Shown piece after piece: positions 6,781 through 11,996 of a DNA stretch of 13,709 nucleotides; within the stretch, counting starts at the first letter, position 1; each line of letters begins with the position of its first letter. The notes under the pieces were generated by a model, which made no database searches, had not been told where the DNA came from, and worked only from the letters and a program-made list of their open reading frames with translations. The translations under genes and the position numbers were made by a program. Source of the DNA: a virus (lineage: Duplodnaviria; Heunggongvirae; Uroviricota; Caudoviricetes); the IMG/VR virus record IMGVR_UViG_3300035661_000047; one strand, 5' to 3'.

Positions 6781-6805
6781 AAAGCCCGCCTAGTGCGGGC
6801 TTTTT
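6781..6805 (+). terminator. Intrinsic terminator, copy 2
   Basis: AAAGCCCGC-CTAGT-GCGGGCTTTTT. Confidence 0.9.
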
Positions 6806-6838
6806 CATGCCTAAACAGCAAGTGTAACAGCCGACCGA

Positions 6839-6934
6839 TTAAAACGCGATTTAAGCCGATTTCATTGTTGGCAATGCCACGGCATAGCCTAGGCCATTAA
6901 ATCGCGCCTGTGGCGCGTTCTAGGGCCTTCCTGC
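6839..6934 (+). repeat. Dispersed ~95-bp intergenic element, copy 2 of 3
   Basis: TTAAAACG start, internal inverted repeat CGCGATTTAA (6845-6854)/TTAAATCGCG (6897-6906), and a 31-bp core shared with 1711-1742. Confidence 0.8.
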
Positions 6935-7004
6935 TGGCCTAGTGCATTTCAGACAACCCGGCAGAACAAGGAAAGGCGACAATGCCCACAATTACTAAAG
7001 GGGC

Positions 7005-7032
7005 TTGACAGCCCCTGCCACAGTGCTACACT
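7005..7032 (+). promoter_or_regulatory. Sigma70 promoter
   Basis: TTGACA-16 bp-TACACT with a TGn extension. The -35 is the loop of GGGGC/GCCCC. Confidence 0.75.
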
Positions 7033-7068
7033 GGACCAATTCCAGCAACAGACCAAACGGAACAGACC

Positions 7069-7251
7069 ATGAAACACGAAATCGGCGCTACTGTCATCAT
7101 CAAGACCATTGACGGCGAATTTCTCACGGCAACTGTGGAAGGACGTAATTGGTGCTTTGACCGGCTTTTGTCCTACAGTGTCAAGGCGGAAGATGGCAAG
7201 CGTTACAATGTGGACGCTGACACGATGGAAGCCGGGCATTCTCACGGGTAA
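7069..7251 (+). CDS. Hypothetical protein, 60 aa, possibly a small beta-barrel (SH3/KOW-like) fold
   Basis: Lies between a promoter and a terminator. Short alternating hydrophobic strands with Gly turns; the fold call is a guess. Confidence 0.72.
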   Translation: MKHEIGATVIIKTIDGEFLTATVEGRNWCFDRLLSYSVKAEDGKRYNVDADTMEAGHSHG

Positions 7252-7313
7252 TCCACAGACCCGAAAGGGGCTTTCAAAAAGCCCTTGATAGGGTTTTCTG
7301 AAAGCCTCAGAAT
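7252..7313 (+). repeat. Terminator+promoter cassette, right copy
   Basis: AGACCC-GAAA-GGGGCT-TTC, then TTGATA-17-CAGAAT. Reverse complement of 2735-2795. Confidence 0.9.
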
Positions 7314-7362
7314 TGAGACATCAACAACGGCAGACATGCCAAACCGCCTAAAGGGGCAAATC

Positions 7363-7455
7363 ATGGGTAAAATCGTTTCGGTTATTTCGTTCATCGCCAC
7401 TGTGGATTTTATTCTTGACGATGCGGTTGAATTCATTCGATTTTTCTTCTGCTGA
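7363..7455 (+). CDS. Small hydrophobic peptide, 30 aa (MGKIVSVISFIATVDFILDDAVEFIRFFFC)
   Basis: AAAGGGG RBS; lies between two promoters; alternative in-frame ATG at 7336. Confidence 0.55.
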   Translation: MGKIVSVISFIATVDFILDDAVEFIRFFFC

Positions 7456-7459
7456 CCAA

Positions 7460-7488
7460 TTGACACAGGCCGCGAAAGGGGCCAGAAT
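7460..7488 (+). promoter_or_regulatory. Sigma70 promoter
   Basis: TTGACA-17 bp-CAGAAT. Confidence 0.7.
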
Positions 7489-7524
7489 ACAAGCATTCCC
7501 TCAACAGCCAAACGAAAGCACGAA

Positions 7525-7740
7525 ATGGCAAATTCTAACGAACTGGTCCGCATTGAAAACTTCGTCAACACGCACGACATCGGGCTGACCCGCCCGCGTG
7601 CCGTTTTGGTTCAAGGCGGGTTTGTGCGGATTGAATCAATCGACATCCTGCCGGATGGAACGGCGGTTTCTGTGTTCGATTGTGTCGAGACTCTGGCACA
7701 GTCTCGAGCAGTGCTAGGCTATCGATTAAAGGCGCCCTAG
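7525..7740 (+). CDS. Hypothetical early-type protein, 71 aa
   Basis: Follows a promoter and ends just before the terminator at 7750. Confidence 0.7.
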   Translation: MANSNELVRIENFVNTHDIGLTRPRAVLVQGGFVRIESIDILPDGTAVSVFDCVETLAQSRAVLGYRLKAP

Positions 7741-8020
7741 GCGCCATACAGCCCGCCTAGTGCGGGCTTTCTTTTTGCCGGGCGAGTGGCGGACAAGCCG
7801 CCCCAAAAAGCCCAGTTTATAGGCGCTTTGCGCCTGTTTTGGCCCCTTTTGGGGCCTTTCTTGCTTGCGGACCAGTCCGCCATAAAAAGGCGCCTAGGCG
7901 CCATTCATTGCACCACAAACAAGCCCCGAAGGGGCAAGCATTGCACAATAAACACGCGGACGGGTTCGCCCGTTCGCCCGCGTGTGGCACGCCTTTTGCT
8001 TGCCGGCGCCTAGGGCGCTT
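7731..8020. repeat. Array of about ten short GC-rich hairpins separated by A/T tracts
   Basis: Dyads at 7731-7745, 7750-7768, 7788-7802, 7821-7835, 7841-7856, 7867-7880, 7889-7902, 7923-7935, 7953-7984 and 8006-8018. Confidence 0.9.
7750..7776 (+). terminator. Intrinsic terminator, copy 3
   Basis: AGCCCGC-CTAGT-GCGGGCT followed by TTCTTTTT. Confidence 0.85.
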
Positions 8021-8035
8021 TACCTGATGTTGCGC

Positions 8036-8062
8036 AAAAACTACAATGAAATCAATAGCTTA
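8036..8062 (+). promoter_or_regulatory. IHF-binding consensus site
   Basis: AATCAATAGCTTA (8050-8062) matches WATCAANNNNTTR exactly, with an upstream A-tract at 8036-8040. Confidence 0.6.
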
Positions 8063-8104
8063 CATGCACAAAAATTCAGTATCTATGATGTAACAATCGA
8101 GCCA

Positions 8105-8195
8105 TTAAAACGCCCTGTAAGGGCCTGAAACGAGCCCCGGAGGGGTGAGTGTTGCCTAGAGCGTTTCAAGCCCTGTAAGGGCCTTTCTATGGCCT
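8105..8195 (+). repeat. Dispersed ~95-bp intergenic element, copy 3 (more diverged)
   Basis: TTAAAACG start; CCTGT-AA-GGGCC-TTTCTA-T-GGCCT end; internal direct repeat GCCCTGTAAGGGCCT (8112, 8170); near-perfect inverted repeat 8121-8132/8162-8173. Confidence 0.65.
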
Positions 8196-8280
8196 AGGAT
8201 AGACCCTCGGGCAGTGCTGGCGGATAGGCTAGCACAGAAAAGGAGTGTTCGCGGAATAGAGAAAGACAGAAAAAGGAGGG

Positions 8281-8315
8281 TTTGCTTAAAAATGCAGTTT
8301 TCGCAGTTAAGCAAA
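8281..8315. repeat. 9-bp perfect inverted repeat with 17-bp spacer
   Basis: TTTGCTTAA (8281-8289) and TTAAGCAAA (8307-8315), about 110 bp downstream of the recombinase stop. Confidence 0.7.
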
Positions 8316-8425
8316 ACGGTCCTAAATTGCAGCAGGAAGCCCGCCACCACAAGCGAGCCACTGCCAACAGCCCCGCCCTGTGGGGGGCCAGCCATAGGCC
8401 GGGCCTGACCACCCGCCAGCCTGTA

Positions 8426-9127
8426 TTATCCCACAGTTTTTCCCTGTTGTGCAAGCCTTTTCAGAACATTATTCACGGTCGATCCGTGCCACTGTCCACC
8501 CCTTGCCGTGCGGTTCCCCTGTGCGTTTAGTTCATCTGCAATTGCTTGTGTAGTCATACCCGCCCGCCTCATGCGCAACACCACAGGAGCGACATGCAAG
8601 GCGAAAGCATCCGCCCCTTCCTTGACTGCAAGGGAAGCCGCAGCGCGGGCCTTATCACCTGTTTCTAGGGGCTTTTTGTGCGTGTGTATGCCTAGGGCTT
8701 CACCGCGTGCTTTCTTCGCCTGTAGGGCCGCCATAGTGCGTTCTGAGATGAGGCGCCTTTCCTGTTCTGCCATCATCGCCTTAAGGTGCAGCATGAACGG
8801 CTGACAGTCTAGGCCATCCTCTACACTGGCAAAGCGTACCCCCTCATTCATTAGGCGTGCGATGAACTCGACTGATCGGCTTAAGCGGTCAAGCTTAGCC
8901 ACTAGCAGCACGGCGCCCTTGTGCCTGCGGGTGTCTGCCAGTGCAGCGCGTAGCCCCGCACGCTGTTCTAGTCCTAGTGCGCCGCTCATCACGTCTGTGT
9001 GATGTGCAATCACTTCCGCCCCTTCCGCCTGTGCAAAGCGTTGCAGTTTGTCTAGCTGCGCCTCTAGCCCGTTTCGGCTGTCGCCTTGCTCGCGGGTCGA
9101 TACGCGGGTATATAAAACGATCTTCAT
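8426..9127 (-). CDS. Serine recombinase (resolvase/invertase catalytic domain + short recombinase-type DNA-binding domain), 233 aa
   Basis: YTRVS (catalytic Ser), D..SG....R.GL, VAKLDRLSR, ER..ISERT..AL...KARG, and C-terminal IADELNAQGNRTARGGQWHGSTVNNVL. Start at ATG 9127 with GAAAGG RBS. Confidence 0.93.
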   Translation of the reverse strand: MKIVLYTRVSTREQGDSRNGLEAQLDKLQRFAQAEGAEVIAHHTDVMSGALGLEQRAGLRAALADTRRHKGAVLLVAKLDRLSRSVEFIARLMNEGVRFASVEDGLDCQPFMLHLKAMMAEQERRLISERTMAALQAKKARGEALGIHTHKKPLETGDKARAAASLAVKEGADAFALHVAPVVLRMRRAGMTTQAIADELNAQGNRTARGGQWHGSTVNNVLKRLAQQGKTVG

Positions 9128-9257
9128 CAGGTGCCTTTCTGCTGTGGTATGCCGCCAGTATAGCACCGAAAACAAAACCTAAAGGGGCATTACAGGATTT
9201 GTTCTAGGCCTATTCCGTTGCGTGTACGCGACGAAGAGTAACAGTCAGACCACTCGC

Positions 9258-9287
9258 TTGACAGGGCTTTGCAACTGATGATAGAAT
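9258..9287 (+). promoter_or_regulatory. Sigma70 promoter divergent from the recombinase
   Basis: TTGACA-18 bp-TAGAAT. Confidence 0.72.
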
Positions 9288-9292
9288 GAGGT

Positions 9293-9434
9293 ATGCAGAT
9301 ATTTTATCAATTTGGTGTGGTAGCGGAGGGCAGGCTGGTGTGTGTTAAGCACCCCACTCGACCCTGCGATATATTTCCACAAGCAGAAAAGCCACCGGCC
9401 TTTTACAGCGGGTGGCCAGAAATTTTTTTTTTTT
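9293..9434 (+). ncRNA. Candidate small RNA (or leaderless mini-ORF)
   Basis: A consensus promoter with no well-supported gene downstream; nested stems TGTGG/CCACA, GCAGG/CCTGC, GGTG/CACC; ends near a hairpin and a T12 run. Confidence 0.3.
9385..9434 (-). terminator. Intrinsic terminator for the minus-strand operon, possibly bidirectional
   Basis: GCCACC/GGTGGC stem (9391-9416), followed on the minus strand by TTTTCTG and on the plus strand by T12 after 6 nt. Confidence 0.7.
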
Positions 9435-9451
9435 GGATTTTACCCTGGCGC

Positions 9452-9556
9452 CTAGCTACTCTTAATGGAAGAGAGTAGTTCGACAGCTTTCTTCAGACTG
9501 GCTCGGCGCCTGTAGATTTCTTTCTGGCAACAGGCCACACCGGAGTAATACCACAT
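9452..9556 (-). CDS. Small protein, 34 aa (MWYYSGVACCQKEIYRRRASLKKAVELLSSIKSS)
   Basis: Manual translation; GAGAGAGG upstream; last ORF before the terminator. Confidence 0.4.
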   Translation of the reverse strand: MWYYSGVACCQKEIYRRRASLKKAVELLSSIKSS

Positions 9557-9562
9557 CCTCTC

Positions 9563-9979
9563 TCAATCAGTTGAAAGTTCTTCATCCATCATATCATGGA
9601 AGTTCTCATCACGTACGTAGTTGCGCACCTTCTCAATGAACACACCAGTAGAGCCGTCTTCTGGCGGATAGATGTTCAATGTAGCCCTCGTCGGCCTACC
9701 TGAGCACGCACAGACTACATCAATGTAGTAATTGCAACAGTCTCTGTCCCATTTCACATTGTCTGGGTCTGAAACGATGTGCTGGATGTCAAATTCCCAC
9801 GGAAGAGCGTCATTTAATTTTTTATAACGGATGTACTTGTATGGTACGCCTACCTTTTTAGCGTAATCCTCCGCTGCTGCAACTCGCTCACGCATAACGT
9901 CTGTAAGAGCTGCCTGTGCTGCAACAAGCGCCTTAGCAGCCTATAAGACTTTCTGCTCTGCTTCATACTTTTGTAACAT
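9563..9979 (-). pseudogene. Hypothetical gene (138 codons) with an in-frame TAG at codon 13
   Basis: AAAGGAAG RBS + ATG at 9979: MLQKYEAEQKVL*AAKALVAAQAALTDV continues in frame into the track ORF 9563..9895. Confidence 0.65.
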
Positions 9980-9990
9980 TGTCTTCCTTT

Positions 9991-10455
9991 TTAGAATGAA
10001 ATCTTTGCACCAACACGGTAGTTGCCAATGGCTGCGCTGCCGTGAGCTACGGTGTTTACACTTAGAATGATGTTGCTAGCCCACTTTGGGGCGTAGCATC
10101 GTGTGGCGAGGTTTAGTGCAATGAGGGATATGAAATACACGTTCACTTCTCCCATGCTCGGCGTGTTCCCGATGAAGATAGAGGCAGGGCCGGTCTCCCT
10201 GTAATGCCTCGGGTCTTTGGCGACGTTGCGTGTCGTGCCCAAGTCAGCAACCAGGGCTGCGACAGTTGCATACGTCAGGGGGTCGGTCTTCAGGTTGACA
10301 GCACACGACGAAGTGGCCTCTAACTTGGGCTGCTCCACTTGAACAACTTCGACTCGCTGGCTCCCGCCTTTGTACTCCAAGTCAAGTGGCTTGAGTTCTT
10401 GTGCAGATGCCGAGGCAGCAATAGCGATGGTAGCTGCGGCGATGATGTTCTTCAT
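9991..10455 (-). CDS. Secreted/membrane protein, 154 aa
   Basis: Signal peptide MKNIIAAATIAIAASASA, hydrophobic segments in the C-half, C-terminus GNYRVGAKISF. Confidence 0.8.
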   Translation of the reverse strand: MKNIIAAATIAIAASASAQELKPLDLEYKGGSQRVEVVQVEQPKLEATSSCAVNLKTDPLTYATVAALVADLGTTRNVAKDPRHYRETGPASIFIGNTPSMGEVNVYFISLIALNLATRCYAPKWASNIILSVNTVAHGSAAIGNYRVGAKISF

Positions 10456-10517
10456 GGAGGGGCCCCTTTCGATAGGCTAGTTCCGTTTGTTGATGTACGA
10501 ATAGTGAATGTTGAAGC

Positions 10518-10907
10518 TTACAAGAGCCTTACAACATCCTTAGTCTTGACTATGTACTTGTAAAAGTACGTATCAAGACCACGCTTGATTGCGATGTCAC
10601 GCATGTGGGCGCTACCTTTTGACTGTCCATCCCATAAGATAAGGCAGGCGTTCGCAGACGCCGACATTTCGGCATTGCGCAGATACCCTGCCCTCTTTCC
10701 GTGATTGTCCCAGTCAGCAGGGAACTTGTGAACTGTTAGGTTGTTACTCTCAGCAAACAAAAGGCCCAAGGCATCAGCGCCTTGGGCCATTCCGCAAACA
10801 ACCTCTATAGATTGCCTGTGCTGCTTCCACAGTCTACTGTCAACCATCGCAAAACGTAGGGCTTCGTAGTCGTCCACGCCACGGCTACCTGCGATGATCA
10901 GCTTCAC
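10518..10907 (-). CDS. SLOG-superfamily protein (YspA/DUF2493-like)
   Basis: IIAGSR, VVCGMAQGADALG, FPADW..HGKRAG..RN.EM and WDG.SKGS.HM are the characteristic motifs of this family. Confidence 0.85.
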   Translation of the reverse strand: MKLIIAGSRGVDDYEALRFAMVDSRLWKQHRQSIEVVCGMAQGADALGLLFAESNNLTVHKFPADWDNHGKRAGYLRNAEMSASANACLILWDGQSKGSAHMRDIAIKRGLDTYFYKYIVKTKDVVRLL

Positions 10908-11074
10908 AGGTCAAGCTCGCTAATCAGCTCTTCGCACATGGCATTTGAGTTGGTTCCGACATCGGCATAGCCGTATGCCTTGTGAACTATCCAAGAAAAT
11001 GCTGAGAAGTCTTCACTACTTTCAAGGACAATTACGATTGGTTTAAACTCTGGCTCTCGCGTCTCAACTTTAAC
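10904..11074 (-). CDS. Hypothetical protein, ~56 aa (xKVETREPEFKPIVIVLES...), start apparently altered to GTT
   Basis: The track start at 11155 would overlap the upstream gene by 124 nt. CTGTTAAAG at 11076-11068 is one base from a GTGA stop/start overlap. Confidence 0.55.
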   Translation of the reverse strand, partial: VKVETREPEFKPIVIVLESSEDFSAFSWIVHKAYGYADVGTNSNAMCEELISELDL

Positions 11075-11373
11075 AGCAGCTCCGTCTTTCCAATAAACTC
11101 GTAGACTGTGATGTCTATCAGAGTATGAATACCATACTCTCCGTATGGCACCCACCCCTGAACTTCACCCAGTTCGTTTTCTGTGAAATGAGGTCCGTAG
11201 ATGTCTTCTACCCATCCATCCGCATACTCACTTGACGGCCAGTTACCATTTTCGATCTTGACCGCATGCGCAAACTTGTGAAGGAGGGCTATCTGCCCCT
11301 CTTGAACCTCAGTCAACTGACGAACGTAGTCACCGTCATTGGCATCGCCAACAACCTCAAGTAGAAATCTCAT
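11032..11373 (-). CDS. Acidic hypothetical protein (113 aa as read, ~100 aa if the stop at 11071-11073 is restored)
   Basis: AAAGGAG upstream; motifs DANDGDY and PYGEYGIHTL. Confidence 0.75.
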   Translation of the reverse strand: MRFLLEVVGDANDGDYVRQLTEVQEGQIALLHKFAHAVKIENGNWPSSEYADGWVEDIYGPHFTENELGEVQGWVPYGEYGIHTLIDITVYEFIGKTELLLKLRRESQSLNQS

Positions 11374-11380
11374 AGGTATG

Positions 11381-11614
11381 TTACTCCTTTAGGTCTATGA
11401 CTTCGACAAAGAACCTTTGACGTGATTGCGAAACGTAGGCAATAGCTCTTGCTTCGTCATATCCGCAACCCCGTTGCAGAGCCAAAATCATTTCTTCCGT
11501 GTGCTTCTTGTTCCGAGCTGCGCAATCCGAGTCTGCTCGTTCAGCGTCTGGATACCCACAAACTACGTGGTATCCTAGATCAATATCTTCGCAAAGAATG
11601 TAGATTACGCTCAC
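11381..11614 (-). CDS. Hypothetical protein, 77 aa (MSVIYILCEDIDLGYHVVCGY...)
   Basis: GTGA overlap with the stop of 11611..11808. The longer track ORF (from 11932) runs under two other genes. Confidence 0.7.
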   Translation of the reverse strand: MSVIYILCEDIDLGYHVVCGYPDAERADSDCAARNKKHTEEMILALQRGCGYDEARAIAYVSQSRQRFFVEVIDLKE

Positions 11615-11808
11615 TCGACACGCACCCATTTCCACCCGAATAACACTTCTTGCATTTTGCGCTGGAAGACGTTCGGCTGCTCTCCTGGCGCTGGCGCCAG
11701 GCAGAAGTCGGCAGTTATGTAGCAACGCCAGCGTTGAGGCTTGTTTTGGTCTGGTGGGAGCATGCTCAGCCCAGCTACCGCGATAGCGGCTGTTCCAAAG
11801 TTGTTCAT
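11611..11808 (-). CDS. Hypothetical protein, 65 aa
   Basis: AAGGAG RBS and ATGA overlap. Confidence 0.72.
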   Translation of the reverse strand: MNNFGTAAIAVAGLSMLPPDQNKPQRWRCYITADFCLAPAPGEQPNVFQRKMQEVLFGWKWVRVE

Positions 11809-11996
11809 TCTTCTCCTTCAAATAAGGAATACCGAACCGTTGACAGCTTGTACACGTCGATTCTGTAGAATACGCCTCTAGAGAGGCATTCAACAATGAC
11901 ATCATCGCACCAAGCGTAGGTTTCACAGTCAACTACTCTAACCATACCGCCAGAAGATGATATGTAGACCTGACCGTTAGCTACTCCGTACTTCAT
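11805..11996 (-). CDS. Hypothetical protein, 63 aa
   Basis: Operon-like overlaps on both sides. Confidence 0.7.
   Translation of the reverse strand: MKYGVANGQVYISSSGGMVRVVDCETYAWCDDVIVECLSRGVFYRIDVYKLSTVRYSLFEGEE

Noticed and set aside
7731-8020. CRISPR array or tRNA cluster
   Set aside because: No constant repeat with unique spacers, and no cloverleaf, T-loop or CCA features.
7786-8530. ORFs 7786..8013, 7839..8027, 8156..8395, 8194..8454, 8214..8408 and 8282..8530
   Set aside because: GC-rich frames through hairpins and repeats, biased composition, mutually overlapping. AGGAG at ~8241 and ~8274 is not suitably spaced from a convincing start.
8426-9127. Calling the recombinase a prophage integrase with att sites
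   Set aside because: It lacks the zinc ribbon and coiled coil, and no host genes, att core duplication or lysogeny module are visible.
11381-11932. 183-aa ORF as one gene
   Set aside because: Its first 106 codons lie under two better-supported genes; the GTG at 11614 fits the overlap pattern.
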